A DNA stretch of 58,261 nucleotides from an uncultured Blautia sp. (GCA_938028845.1 CALIZJ010000150.1:1-58261); one strand, 5' to 3'. Shown: positions 27,985-38,862, numbered from the stretch's first letter. Notes: generated by a model not told the origin, from the sequence alone. A program made the numbers and translations.

Positions 27985-29844
27985 TTATCTTTTCTTTCCC
28001 ATTCCCGGAAGGGGTTTTAAGGAATAGTTCCATTTTGTCAGGGAAAGATTTTTATTGTAATAGGGATCTCCATTTTTCAATATATCCAGCCAGTGACATC
28101 TCATATATTCGATTTCTGTCTGGAACCGCCGCAGTTTTTCCTCACTGTCCTCTTCTCCCCTGGTCTTGGACTCCATGTGATAAAGCTGTGCGTATGGATC
28201 GTAAACGATCAGATACCCTTCTTTCCGTACCTTCAGGCACAGATCCACATCGTTAAAAGCCACGGCAAGGGTTTCCGTAAAGCCTCCTGCTTTTTCAAAG
28301 GCTTCACGCTTCATCATCATACAGGCGGCGGTCACCGCGCTCATATCCTGAAGGATGGACGCTTTATGAAGATATCCGGTCCGCTCGGCCGGCATATCCA
28401 CAAACATATGCCCGGCGATCCCGCCGATCCCGATCACGCATCCTGCATGCTGAATGGTATTGTCCGGATAAAGCAGCTTCACCCCTACAGCGCCTACCTC
28501 TTTTCTCTGGCAGACGCCAAGCATCTCTTCCATCCAGTCCGGAGTGATCACCGTTACATCGTTGTTTAAAAACAGCAGATAATCCCCTTTTGCCTTACGC
28601 GCCCCGTAATTATTAATGGCAGAATAGTTAAATTCTTTTTTCCAGTTAAAGATCCTTACGTTTTCCTCCATAGAAAGTTCTTTATAATACTGAAAAATTT
28701 CTTTGGATGTGCTGTTATTTTCTATGATGATAATTTCGTAATTTTTGTATGTGGTGTTTTTACGGATGGATTCTATGCACGCCCTAAGAGTAGGCTCTTC
28801 GTCCTTATTGGGGATGATAACGGATACTAGCGGTTCTCCCTGTACCGGATATTTTACCCTAAAAAATCCCAGATCCTTCGTATGGCTTACGATCCCTTTT
28901 ACCTCCATCCGGGCAAGATGGGCTTCGATGGCGCGTTTTCCCGCGTCAAAGGCGTACATCTTGCTGGCAGGGTTATCTGCGGTAGAAGCTTTATGGGTTC
29001 TCCAGTGATATAAAATTTCCGGAATGTGCGCGATCTCCCTTGCCTGTTCCACACAGCGGAAAATAAAGTCATGATCCTGGGCTCCGTCAAACTCTTTTTT
29101 AAAACCGCCTGTCTTTTCCAGGATTTCCCGCCGTACAAGGAAGAAGTGACAGATATAATTATTGGAGCGCAAAAGATCCAGGCTGAAGTCTGGTTTTAAA
29201 TGGGGCTGGAAATGCTCTGTAAGATCTGTGGTAACTTTATCCTCATCTGTATAGACCACATCCACACGTTCATCTTTATTGACCGCCTTTACCACCTCAT
29301 AAAGAGCATTGGGGGAAAGCAGATCGTCGTGATCCAAAAGCCCTACAAATTCTCCCTTTGCCATAGAAAAGGCTTCGTTGGTATTATCCGCAATGCCCAG
29401 GTTTTCATGGAGATTTTTATAGCGTATGCGTGGATCTTTCCCGGAAAACTCTTCCAGGATCTGTCCCATCTCCTTATCTTCCGGACTTCCGTTTGCAATA
29501 CACAGTTCCCAGTTGGTATAGGTCTGTTTCTGCACGGACAGAAGCATCTGGCGCAAAAATACTCCCGGCGTTTTATAGGCCGGGACGGCAATGCTGATAA
29601 GGGGTGTGTCTGCAAATTTATGTTTTCTCTGTTTTTCCAGGACCGCCTCATCGGGCTTATAAGCCTCGTACCATGGCCCGTAGGGGACTTCCTCCGGTTC
29701 AAACCTTTCGTGGAGCCGGATCCAGAACTCCTTGGGACCATAGTGCTTTAGATAGCGGAAGCCCTTCTGCAGGGTATAAGGGGAAAGTTTTTTCACCATT
29801 CTTCCCCACTGGATCCGTCCCACTGGATTTTTTTCTTTTCCCAT
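27985..29844 (-). CDS. Two-domain GT2 glycosyltransferase
   Basis: LLDHDD and FDGAQDHD (domain 1); FLNND, SAVTAAC and AFNDVD (domain 2). Confidence 0.9.
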   Translation of the reverse strand: MGKEKNPVGRIQWGRMVKKLSPYTLQKGFRYLKHYGPKEFWIRLHERFEPEEVPYGPWYEAYKPDEAVLEKQRKHKFADTPLISIAVPAYKTPGVFLRQMLLSVQKQTYTNWELCIANGSPEDKEMGQILEEFSGKDPRIRYKNLHENLGIADNTNEAFSMAKGEFVGLLDHDDLLSPNALYEVVKAVNKDERVDVVYTDEDKVTTDLTEHFQPHLKPDFSLDLLRSNNYICHFFLVRREILEKTGGFKKEFDGAQDHDFIFRCVEQAREIAHIPEILYHWRTHKASTADNPASKMYAFDAGKRAIEAHLARMEVKGIVSHTKDLGFFRVKYPVQGEPLVSVIIPNKDEEPTLRACIESIRKNTTYKNYEIIIIENNSTSKEIFQYYKELSMEENVRIFNWKKEFNYSAINNYGARKAKGDYLLFLNNDVTVITPDWMEEMLGVCQRKEVGAVGVKLLYPDNTIQHAGCVIGIGGIAGHMFVDMPAERTGYLHKASILQDMSAVTAACMMMKREAFEKAGGFTETLAVAFNDVDLCLKVRKEGYLIVYDPYAQLYHMESKTRGEEDSEEKLRRFQTEIEYMRCHWLDILKNGDPYYNKNLSLTKWNYSLKPLPGMGKKR

Positions 29845-30109
29845 TTATTTTATCCTCGAATCTTACATGAAGTCAATTACATTGAAAATGATACCATACC
29901 GTTTTCCAAGTAGCAAGCTCTTACATACAGTTTTTCCGGCGGACTCCCCAATAAAATTTTTAAGGGGTGCTGCAGAATTATAAAAATTTTTGCAAGAACA
30001 GGATGGAATGTGTTATACTAGAAATATCCTATGCCGTCAGGCAGGAAAGAAGCAACAGCAGCATACTATCGGATGATTATTTTACGAAATACAGGAGATC
30101 ATACATACT

Positions 30110-31360
30110 ATGAGGAAGAAAAAAATTTTAGCAGGATTACTGGCTTTTAGCCTGTCTCTTTCTATGTTTTTCCAAACAGGCGTTTCTGCCGCGGAAGAAA
30201 CTGCCGCAGCTGCAGAAAATACCATCGCTACAAACGCTATTTCCGGCTGGCCCCAGGGACCTGAGATCACTTCCACCGCGGCTGTAGTTATGGAAGAATC
30301 CACCAGGACGATCCTTTATTCTAAAAATATGGACCAGGCCTTATACCCTGCTGCCGCAGTAAAGATCATGACCATCCTGGTCTGTCTGGAAAACAGCGCT
30401 CTCACCGATCAGGTCACTATGACAGAAACCGGTGTTTCCGGTGTTACGGACGGAGGCGCCAGCATTTCCGCTCAGTTAGACGAAGTTCTGACCATGGAAC
30501 AGTGTCTCTACGCCATCATGCTGGTTTCTGCCAATGACGTTGCCCTTCAGGTAGCAGAACAGGTAGGCGGTTCTGTAGAAGGTTTTGTGGAAATGATGAA
30601 CCAGAAAGCCAAGGATATCGGCTGTACAAACACCCTCTTTACCAATCCTACCGGACTTCCTGATGAAAACCAGCACATCACCGCATATGACATGGCGCTT
30701 ATTATGAAAGCGGCAATGCGGAACGAGGACTTCCGTACCATTGCAGCCGCAACCTCATATACCATCCCGGCCACCAATGTATCTGGAGGGGAAAGAGCCC
30801 TTACAAATAAGTTTTCACTTCTCACCTCCAGCAGCCCCTACTATTACCAGGGATGCCTGGGCGGCAAGGAAGGCGCTACCTCTGCCTCCGGCAGCACTCT
30901 GGTGTGTGCGGCAGAGCGCAACGGTATGACCCTTATCGCCGTCATCCTTCAGGGCACTTCTGAACAGACAGACAGTGAGGCAGTTACACTTTTAGACTAT
31001 GGTTTCAATAATTTCCAGAAACTTTCCCTGGGAGAAAATGATTTTAACCTGAAGTCCGGCGGCACTGTCGTCATTCCAGCCACTGCTTCTGAGGCAGACG
31101 TGAAGGTTTCTGATACTGAGGGCGAAAACGGCATCCGCCGCCAGTACCTCTTTAGCGGCGTTCAGGTAGGTACCGCCGTTTTGGAGGATGTACAGGCAGA
31201 GGACACTGCCGCCCTTACCCAGGGACAGGAAAATCTCCAGGAAGCCTATGATTTTACAGCAAATAAATCACCGGTTCCCTACTATGTAATCGGAGGGGTA
31301 GGCGCAGTTCTTTTCCTATTGCTTCTGGTACTTATGGTTAAAGTAATCAAAAGCCGGTAA
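30110..31360 (+). CDS. D-alanyl-D-alanine carboxypeptidase (peptidase S11) homologue, probably inactive
   Basis: Signal peptide, SAN, FTNPTGL, C-terminal TM; but SxxK reads AAVK and KTG reads KEG. Confidence 0.85.
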   Translation: MRKKKILAGLLAFSLSLSMFFQTGVSAAEETAAAAENTIATNAISGWPQGPEITSTAAVVMEESTRTILYSKNMDQALYPAAAVKIMTILVCLENSALTDQVTMTETGVSGVTDGGASISAQLDEVLTMEQCLYAIMLVSANDVALQVAEQVGGSVEGFVEMMNQKAKDIGCTNTLFTNPTGLPDENQHITAYDMALIMKAAMRNEDFRTIAAATSYTIPATNVSGGERALTNKFSLLTSSSPYYYQGCLGGKEGATSASGSTLVCAAERNGMTLIAVILQGTSEQTDSEAVTLLDYGFNNFQKLSLGENDFNLKSGGTVVIPATASEADVKVSDTEGENGIRRQYLFSGVQVGTAVLEDVQAEDTAALTQGQENLQEAYDFTANKSPVPYYVIGGVGAVLFLLLLVLMVKVIKSR

Positions 31361-31365
31361 AATAC

Positions 31366-31419
31366 AAAAAATCCATGGGACAAAGCAGAAAAATTCTGTT
31401 TTTATCTCATGGATTTTTT
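31366..31419. terminator. Bidirectional terminator
   Basis: A6-TCCATG...CATGGA-T6 long hairpin between convergent genes. Confidence 0.7.
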
Positions 31420-31535
31420 ATCACAGCAAACTTTTCCATCCAATTCTCAACCAATGATACACACGTATCTCTCTGTCTTAACATTCCTAAAGATCTTCAG
31501 GAACGCCGATCTGCCTTTCTTTTTATTACAGGTCT

Positions 31536-32966
31536 TTAGATATAATTTGGAAGGATAACCAGAAAATAGGTAAGGATTCCCCCCAGGCACCAAATCAAAG
31601 CCCCAATCCGGTAAAACCACACATGCAGGGTCCTATTTTTTACAAAACGCTCCAGCAGTTTGCTGTAACCGCACACTACAAAATACATCAGCGGGTAGAC
31701 TGCAGAAATAATGTACCTCCCCTGTGCCTGGTTATCGTTATAGTAGGCATAAATGATAAACAGGATGACAGGCGTCACAAGAGCCGCAGCCATAGCCAGA
31801 TGGAACAGGCCTTTTTTATTCCATTCTATAGAGGTTCGGACGGTCTTTACCTTCACCCTGGTATTTCCCACTGTCGTGCGCTCTACTAAGACAGAGCGCT
31901 TTTTCCAGTAAAATTCCCGGAGCATGAAAAGCACGCCCGCACAGCCTATGAGAAGGAAGAGTATGTACACCTTGCTCACCGTTTCATTCATATAAATATC
32001 AAAGGTTCCAAAAACGCCGATAAAGCTTACCAGCACTGTCATCACCCAGTTATGTCTCCATCCCGGGTTCTGGTACAGGAGGAACTCTTTGATCCCCCAG
32101 CCCTGTTTTGCCGGAGTGATATGCTGGGAGGGCTTATACCCTGCCTTGGCATATTTTTCCGCACAGAGAGTACTTGCATTTCTTCCTAAAATATCTCCAT
32201 CATAGAGAAAATAGTTCCGGACAAACCACCAGCCGCAAAGGGCCACCGTGATCCCGGCAATGACAAGCCCTCTGGAAAATAAAAACTTCCACCTTTCCTT
32301 TGCACTTCCCTGCCCGCAGAAAAGAACGGTAAAGCAGAAAAAGAAAAAGCTCCATAAAATCCAGCCATAAGCGTTATAATAGGATAAAAAGCATACCCCC
32401 ATGCCTACAGCGAGAAGGATGCAGTTCTTCCAGGTCCATCCTTCCTGAAGGTATCTGGCCCAGGCGTATAAGATCATCGCCGCCGCAAAAAGAGCCAGAG
32501 AATCTGTATTTACATAAGTCCCTATAAACAGAAAGCCCGGCAGAAAAAGCACCAGACAGGAAAATAATAAAGCCTTTTCCCGGTCAAACAGACGCTTTCC
32601 CGCCTGTATCACAAACCATGCCGCCCCCGTGATAAACAGGACGTCCGCAAGCCGCGCCGCGTGCAGAAGCACATCCTGTGAGGTACTAAACAGCCCGGCG
32701 ATCCACATAAAGACCGCAGACACCATGTAGGAAAGAATAGGATAAAAGGCGTAGGAAATCCCCCACGTTTTATTCAGGATCTCTTTTTCGTCCCCATGGG
32801 GCAGGCTGCCTGGATTCTCATAGAGATACTTTGCCACATCATAGCGCATGGACTCATCCGGTCCTCCCGGACGGCCAGTGGTAAGGGACCAGGCAAGAAC
32901 GACTGCGAATACCAGTCCCACCAGCAGCCATTCTATGGTTCTTTCGTTTTTCAAAATCTTTTTCAT
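31536..32966 (-). CDS. GT-C-fold (ArnT/PMT-like) membrane glycosyltransferase
   Basis: PDE motif after TM1, ~11 TMs, YVNTD, QAQGRY near the C-terminus. Confidence 0.75.
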   Translation of the reverse strand: MKKILKNERTIEWLLVGLVFAVVLAWSLTTGRPGGPDESMRYDVAKYLYENPGSLPHGDEKEILNKTWGISYAFYPILSYMVSAVFMWIAGLFSTSQDVLLHAARLADVLFITGAAWFVIQAGKRLFDREKALLFSCLVLFLPGFLFIGTYVNTDSLALFAAAMILYAWARYLQEGWTWKNCILLAVGMGVCFLSYYNAYGWILWSFFFFCFTVLFCGQGSAKERWKFLFSRGLVIAGITVALCGWWFVRNYFLYDGDILGRNASTLCAEKYAKAGYKPSQHITPAKQGWGIKEFLLYQNPGWRHNWVMTVLVSFIGVFGTFDIYMNETVSKVYILFLLIGCAGVLFMLREFYWKKRSVLVERTTVGNTRVKVKTVRTSIEWNKKGLFHLAMAAALVTPVILFIIYAYYNDNQAQGRYIISAVYPLMYFVVCGYSKLLERFVKNRTLHVWFYRIGALIWCLGGILTYFLVILPNYI

Positions 32967-32972
32967 CCGTAT

Positions 32973-33830
32973 TTATAAAATCTCCTTCAAATACCGGGAC
33001 AGCGCGTCCTCCCAGGAAGGCAGGGGCGTAAATCCCATCTCTTTTAATTTTTCTTTGTTCATCCTGCTGTTATGCGGGCGTTTCGCCTTAGCCGGATATT
33101 CCTCGCTGGAAACCGGAAGGACTTTCACCTCTCTCCCTGCCTGACGGAAAATCTCTTTGGCAAACTCATACCAGGAACAAAGACCTTCATTGGTGGCATG
33201 ATAACGGCCGTATTTTTCCGTTTCCAGCATATCCACCAGAAGGCGGGCAAGATCGTAAGTATAGGTAGGGGAGCCCACCTGGTCGTCCACTACCGTAAGG
33301 GTATCGTGAGTTTCAGAAAGGCGGAGCATGGTCTTAATAAAATTCTTTCCGTTTACCCCAAACACCCAGGCAATCCGCACGATAAAGTAGGCGTCCAGAT
33401 ATTTCTCCACTGCCAGCTCTCCCTCGTATTTCGTCTGGCCATATACATTTAAGGGATGCCTTTCATCGTCCGGCTCCCAGGGCCTGGTGCCTTCTCCGTC
33501 AAACACATAATCTGTGCTTAAATAAATCATAGGCGCAGAAAGTTCCCGGCACATCCTGGCTATATTTTCCGTTCCAAGGGCATTTACCTTCCGGCAAAGC
33601 TCCTCTTTATCCTCCGCATCGTCCACCGCTGTCCAGGCAGCACAGTGTACTACCTTATCCGGGTGTACCTCCCGCATCACCCGCTCTACGGCTTCCCTGT
33701 CGGTAATATCCATCTCTTCCACATCTACACCGATGCCCTCATAGCCTCTTTTGGCAAGCTCATTCATTACGTCATGGCCAAGCTGTCCTTTTACACCTGT
33801 CACCAATACTCGCATTTTCTTTTCCTCCAT
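32973..33830 (-). CDS. rfbD: dTDP-4-dehydrorhamnose reductase
   Basis: VTGVKGQLG, HCAAWTAVD, STDYVFDG, YGQTK, DQVGSPT. Confidence 0.96.
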   Translation of the reverse strand: MEEKKMRVLVTGVKGQLGHDVMNELAKRGYEGIGVDVEEMDITDREAVERVMREVHPDKVVHCAAWTAVDDAEDKEELCRKVNALGTENIARMCRELSAPMIYLSTDYVFDGEGTRPWEPDDERHPLNVYGQTKYEGELAVEKYLDAYFIVRIAWVFGVNGKNFIKTMLRLSETHDTLTVVDDQVGSPTYTYDLARLLVDMLETEKYGRYHATNEGLCSWYEFAKEIFRQAGREVKVLPVSSEEYPAKAKRPHNSRMNKEKLKEMGFTPLPSWEDALSRYLKEIL

Positions 33831-33903
33831 CTCTTTTCACCATTTCTCCCCTTTTCTCTCTGCACACTGCTTTCGCTAAATCGTCAGAAATAACTGGCTG
33901 CGG

Positions 33904-36351
33904 TCAGAAGCGCTTTAAGGAAAAATCCTGGCTCTTTAACGTCAAATTGGGATTATAATAGGGATCCGGCTTTTTAAAAATATCCGGCCAATGTCCCTCC
34001 AGCGTTGCAATCTCTTTATTAAACCGCGCCATCTTCTCCGGAGTGTCCTCCAGTCCTCTGGATTTCGATTCATAGTGATACAGCTCCACATACGGATTGT
34101 ACACTACAAGATATCCCTCATTCCTTACCTTCAGGCAGAAATCAATGTCATTAAAGGCAACGGCAAGGTCTGCGCTTAAACCGCCAACCTGGTCGAATAC
34201 TTTCTTTTTCACCATCATGCAGGCTGCTGTCACGGCACTGTAATTCTGGGCGCAGATGATCCTGTGGCAGTATCCTGTGGTGGATCTTGGCTGCTGCACG
34301 AAGCAGTGTCCGGCGATTCCTCCAAATCCCAGCACCACGCCTGCGTGCTGGATGGTATCGTCCTCAAAGTAAAGCCTTGCTCCCACAATGCCCACATCCG
34401 GCCGCATACAGTAGCCTAAAAGCTCTTCCATCCAGTCGGAATTAATCACCTCTGTGTCATTGTTTAAAAGAAGCAGGTATTCCCCCTTGGCATAGGAGGC
34501 GCCAAAGTTATTGATCTGGGAATAGTTAAAAGGCCCGTCCCAATACACCACCCGCACTTTGGGATTCTTTTCTTCCAGCTTCTTATAGTAAGCGAAGGTT
34601 TCTTCTTCGGTACTGTTATTTTCTACAATAATGTATTCGTAATTCTTATAGGAAGATTTCTCTTCTATAGAAGAAATACACCGTTCCAAATCATCGATAT
34701 GGTCTTTATTGGGGATCAGGATAGAGATCAGCGGATCGTAATCCCGAAGATACCTGGTGCGGTAAAGTCCTAAATACTCCCCTTTATATACTTCCGCCTT
34801 TATGCCGATCCGGTCAAAATGCGCCTGCACTGCCCGTTTCCCAGCCTCAAAGGCATACAGCTTGCTCTCTGGATTCTCCGCAGTGGAGTCCTCATGGCTC
34901 CTCCAGTGATAAAGGATCTTAGGAATATGGTAAATATGATCCGTCGCTTCCACGCACCGTAAAATCAGATCATAATCCTGGGCCCCGTCAAATTCCGGCC
35001 TAAGCAGCCCTACACGATCCAAAAGCTCCTTCTTCGCCACAAAAAGATGGCAGATATAGTTCACTGTACAAAGGAGGTCCAGGTTAAAATCCGGCTTAAA
35101 ATGGGGCAGGAAAAACTTATTCCCATGAATGGACATCTTGTCCTCATCTGAGTAAATGACCTGAATCTCTGGATTCTCATTCAGCGCCTTTACACACTCA
35201 TAAAAAGCATGGGCTGTGAGCACATCATCATGATCTCCAAAGGCAATAAACTCTCCTGTGGCGATGCCGATGGCGGCATTGGTATTCTCTGCGATCTTCT
35301 GAGGTTCTTCATGATATACCACCTTGATCCGTTCATCTTTTGCCGCATATTTTTCCAGAACTTCTTTAATAGGGGAATCCTTGCCGCTTCCGTCGGAAAG
35401 ACACAATTCCCAGTTTCCATAGGTCTGTGCCTTTACCGAAGCGATCAGCTGGTCCAAATACTCTTCTCTGGTCTTATATAAAGGAACCACCAGACTGATC
35501 TTCGGCTCATAGGGAAACTTTGTCTTTCTCTGCTTTTCCAGCTCCGACTGGCTGGGCAGATGCTGGGGCAGCCATTTGCTGTAATCCACCGGACGGCGTG
35601 TCATCTCGGTAATCTTTCGCATACTTTTTACCAGCAGCGCTTTGGCTCCATGGGCCCGGAGATAATCCATGCCTTTTTTCCGGTACTTTTCCGCTTTCCC
35701 AGCAAGGATCTCTCTGGCCCCAAGGCCCACCTTATAGACAGACTTTCTTCCGTCCCCAGTGCGCATGACTAAATAAAGAAATTTCCCTGAAATGTCTGTA
35801 ATTTCTACGGCAAACCCACATTCCTGTTCCACCGGACATTCCTTAAACATGTCCACTACGTCTACACGTTCCATTCGCTGTACCCGGCAGGGGATCGGTT
35901 TTTTCTCCTGGTCAAAAAGCTTGACGGCAACATGACCTGTATCCGCCGCCCAGCCTCTGATGCTGCAGATCCCGGCTCCCCGGTCCACCTTTTCTTCTTC
36001 TATATAATACTGGGGTTTTCCCTGCTTTTTCAAAAGCTCCACAGCTTTGATCTGAAACCAGGGAAGTTTTTTATCTTCCCAGACAGCGAAAGCCAAAAGT
36101 TTCTTACAGTTTTTTAAATCCTCCGGCAGGGTGATAGCCGCCTCCACCCGCTGTCCTCCAAGAAGCTCTCCATCATTAAAACGCTCCACCGCGCTTTTGG
36201 CGATCTGGCGCTTCGTCTCCACCTTAAGGGGCGTGCCGTCCATATAAGCTTCAATGGTATATTTCTCCGGAATCACTCCACGGATGAGATATTTCCTGGG
36301 GTCATTCAGATAAAATCGTTCTCTTTCCACTTCCAGCAACTGATGTCTCAT
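33904..36351 (-). CDS. Two-domain GT2 glycosyltransferase with an N-terminal extension
   Basis: GDHDD, FDGAQDYD, LLNND, SAVTAAC, AFNDID. Confidence 0.9.
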   Translation of the reverse strand: MRHQLLEVERERFYLNDPRKYLIRGVIPEKYTIEAYMDGTPLKVETKRQIAKSAVERFNDGELLGGQRVEAAITLPEDLKNCKKLLAFAVWEDKKLPWFQIKAVELLKKQGKPQYYIEEEKVDRGAGICSIRGWAADTGHVAVKLFDQEKKPIPCRVQRMERVDVVDMFKECPVEQECGFAVEITDISGKFLYLVMRTGDGRKSVYKVGLGAREILAGKAEKYRKKGMDYLRAHGAKALLVKSMRKITEMTRRPVDYSKWLPQHLPSQSELEKQRKTKFPYEPKISLVVPLYKTREEYLDQLIASVKAQTYGNWELCLSDGSGKDSPIKEVLEKYAAKDERIKVVYHEEPQKIAENTNAAIGIATGEFIAFGDHDDVLTAHAFYECVKALNENPEIQVIYSDEDKMSIHGNKFFLPHFKPDFNLDLLCTVNYICHLFVAKKELLDRVGLLRPEFDGAQDYDLILRCVEATDHIYHIPKILYHWRSHEDSTAENPESKLYAFEAGKRAVQAHFDRIGIKAEVYKGEYLGLYRTRYLRDYDPLISILIPNKDHIDDLERCISSIEEKSSYKNYEYIIVENNSTEEETFAYYKKLEEKNPKVRVVYWDGPFNYSQINNFGASYAKGEYLLLLNNDTEVINSDWMEELLGYCMRPDVGIVGARLYFEDDTIQHAGVVLGFGGIAGHCFVQQPRSTTGYCHRIICAQNYSAVTAACMMVKKKVFDQVGGLSADLAVAFNDIDFCLKVRNEGYLVVYNPYVELYHYESKSRGLEDTPEKMARFNKEIATLEGHWPDIFKKPDPYYNPNLTLKSQDFSLKRF

Positions 36352-38861
36352 GGTTTTTTTCTTCCTTTCACTCCTTCATGAACCTTTCTCAGGGAACAGT
36401 CTCCGCGGATCAGGCTCAGGTTCGGATTGTAATAGGGGTCGCCTTTTTCCAGAAGGTCTTTGTACCGCTCCTTAAACCGTTCGATTTCTCCCTTAAACCG
36501 CGCCAGCTTCTCAGGGGTAGTCTCCAGGCCCCTGGATTTGGATTCATAATGGTAAAGCTGCGCATCCGGGACAAACACCACCAGCTTTCCAAGGGCCCGC
36601 GCCCGCAGGCAAAAATCCACATCGTTTAAAGCCACTGTGAAATTTTCGTCCAGACCGGAAAGCTGTTCAAACACTTCCCGTTTTACCATAAGGCAGGCTC
36701 CTGTCACTGCGCTGATATCCTGGGCCGCTTTCAGCCTTCCCATGTAACCGGTATAGTTTTTTCCGTATCCGGTAAGGATATGTCCTGCGAAACCGCCCAT
36801 GCCAATGACCACGCCCGCATGCTGCACAGTGTCGTCCGGGTAGTAAAGCTTCGCGCCTACGATCCCCACGTCCTCTCTCTGGCAGTATCCCAGCATGCGA
36901 TCCAGCCAGTCGGGACTGATCACCTCCGTGTCGTTGTTCAGGAGAAGGAAATATTCTCCTGTCGCCTCTTTTGCACCAAAATTATTTATAGCGGAATAAT
37001 TAAAACCGCCCTGGTAAGTGACCACTTTCACCTGGTCGTAACGCTGGGTCAGCTTTTTATAGTAATCAAAGGTCTCTTTTTTCTCACTGTTATTTTCGAT
37101 CACCACAATCTCAAGGTTTTTCCAGGTGCTTTTCTCCAAAATAGAGCGGATACAGGTATCCAAATCGTCTGTGTGATCCTTATTTGGTATAAGGATGGAT
37201 ACCTTCGGGTTTCCTTCTATGAGAAACTTTGTCCGGTATACGATGAAAAGTCCGGTAAACTCCACCTCCGCCCGGATACCCAAACGGGTATAATGTTCCA
37301 TAAGCGCCCGTTTTCCCGCATCAATGGCATACTGCTTGCTGTCCTGGTTTCCAGCCGTGGACTCTTCGTGGCTGCGCCAATGATACAAAACCTTTGGGAT
37401 ATGATAAATCTGATCCGTAGACTCCACACAGCGCAGGATAAAATCATAATCCTGGGCTCCGTCAAATTCCGGTCTTAATTCTCCTACCCGTTCTAAAAGC
37501 GTGCGTTTTACCACTGTCAGGTGACAGATATAATTAATGCACCGCAGAAGATCCAGGTTAAAATCCGGTTTAAAATGGGGGTATATACAGTTTCCGTCTG
37601 CATCGATGAGATCCTCGTCTGTGTAAAGCAGCTCAATCTGCGGATGTTCTGAAAGAACCCGCGCCGCTTCGTAAAGAGCTTCCGGAGCCAGAAGGTCGTC
37701 ATGATCTGCAAACACGATGTAATCTCCCTTTGCCATGTGCAACGCTCCATTGGTATTCCCGGCGATTCCCGTATTTTTTTCCAGATAAGTATAGCGGATC
37801 CTTTCATCCGACCCATAATTGCCGCGGATCAGCTCTCCCAAAGAGTCCTCGCTGCTTCCGTCCGCAAGACACAGTTCCCAGTTTCCATAACTCTGGCGCC
37901 TTACCGACTCCACCAGTTCCTTTAAAAACTGAGGCTTTGTATGATATACCGGAACTACAATGGAAAAAAGAGGGGCTGGAGAAAAAACTTCTTTTGCCTG
38001 TCTTTTTAATTCCTTTTGGGACGCCCGGTGTTTTTTCTCAAAATATCCATAAGAATCGGTAAAAGTAGAGGTTTCCTCCAGAAGATAATCCCAAAAGCCC
38101 CTAATTCCCTGCTCTTTAAAAACCTCCTGGTTTTTTTCCCGGTTTTCTTTGCCCATCACTTTGAGCATCCTGCCTACACGGGTGTTTTCCCTGTCAAATT
38201 TTCTCATGGGAATTAAAATTTCTTTGGAAGCCGCCTGATTGGAAAATACAATATGCAGCTCCCGGGCATGTATTTTTTCCCTGGGAATCTCCAGGATAAA
38301 GCCATGGCAGCAGGAAAGCTCCACGCCAAACTGCTCGCTTAAATCTGCCCGGCGCACTTTTTGAAAATGGGTGCCGTCCACAGGGTTTCCCTTTTCATCC
38401 AACACCTGTATTTTAAGTTCTCCCAAAGTATTCACACACCATCCCTGGAGGTATAAATTGGAAAGCCTGCGCTCCAAAAGCTCCACATAATAGCGTATGG
38501 TATCCTGGTAGTATTCCTTTCTCACCTGCTCCATACTTTTCTGCATCACAGGGAAAGTCTCCCCGGCACAGCAGATGCGCACCCGCAGGCAGTCCGCCAC
38601 ATAAAAGATCTGTTCCATATTAGGAATCCGTATTTCAAATCCCGCATTTTCGTCTTTAAAATGAAGATCTCCCCTGGCTGCGAGCACATCCGGCCTGGGC
38701 GTGCGGATCATGGTACATTCCACAGGGGTATGGGAAGCCCGTACCTGGGCAAAGGGTTCGTCCAATTCCTCATTCATGCACATCCACCCGCTTAAAATAC
38801 AGGTGCCGTTGTCCTTCCTCTCGTACTGACAGGTATCCAGTACTACCACATGGTCGTCCAT
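36348..38861 (-). CDS. Two-domain GT2 glycosyltransferase with an N-terminal extension
   Basis: ADHDD, FDGAQDYD, LLNND, SAVTGAC, ALNDVD. Confidence 0.9.
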   Translation of the reverse strand: MDDHVVVLDTCQYERKDNGTCILSGWMCMNEELDEPFAQVRASHTPVECTMIRTPRPDVLAARGDLHFKDENAGFEIRIPNMEQIFYVADCLRVRICCAGETFPVMQKSMEQVRKEYYQDTIRYYVELLERRLSNLYLQGWCVNTLGELKIQVLDEKGNPVDGTHFQKVRRADLSEQFGVELSCCHGFILEIPREKIHARELHIVFSNQAASKEILIPMRKFDRENTRVGRMLKVMGKENREKNQEVFKEQGIRGFWDYLLEETSTFTDSYGYFEKKHRASQKELKRQAKEVFSPAPLFSIVVPVYHTKPQFLKELVESVRRQSYGNWELCLADGSSEDSLGELIRGNYGSDERIRYTYLEKNTGIAGNTNGALHMAKGDYIVFADHDDLLAPEALYEAARVLSEHPQIELLYTDEDLIDADGNCIYPHFKPDFNLDLLRCINYICHLTVVKRTLLERVGELRPEFDGAQDYDFILRCVESTDQIYHIPKVLYHWRSHEESTAGNQDSKQYAIDAGKRALMEHYTRLGIRAEVEFTGLFIVYRTKFLIEGNPKVSILIPNKDHTDDLDTCIRSILEKSTWKNLEIVVIENNSEKKETFDYYKKLTQRYDQVKVVTYQGGFNYSAINNFGAKEATGEYFLLLNNDTEVISPDWLDRMLGYCQREDVGIVGAKLYYPDDTVQHAGVVIGMGGFAGHILTGYGKNYTGYMGRLKAAQDISAVTGACLMVKREVFEQLSGLDENFTVALNDVDFCLRARALGKLVVFVPDAQLYHYESKSRGLETTPEKLARFKGEIERFKERYKDLLEKGDPYYNPNLSLIRGDCSLRKVHEGVKGRKKP

Positions 38862-38862
38862 A

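Noticed and set aside
29951..29991. ATAAAA(A)TTTTT repeat between divergent genes
   Set aside because: Low-complexity AT-rich match expected by chance in promoter regions.
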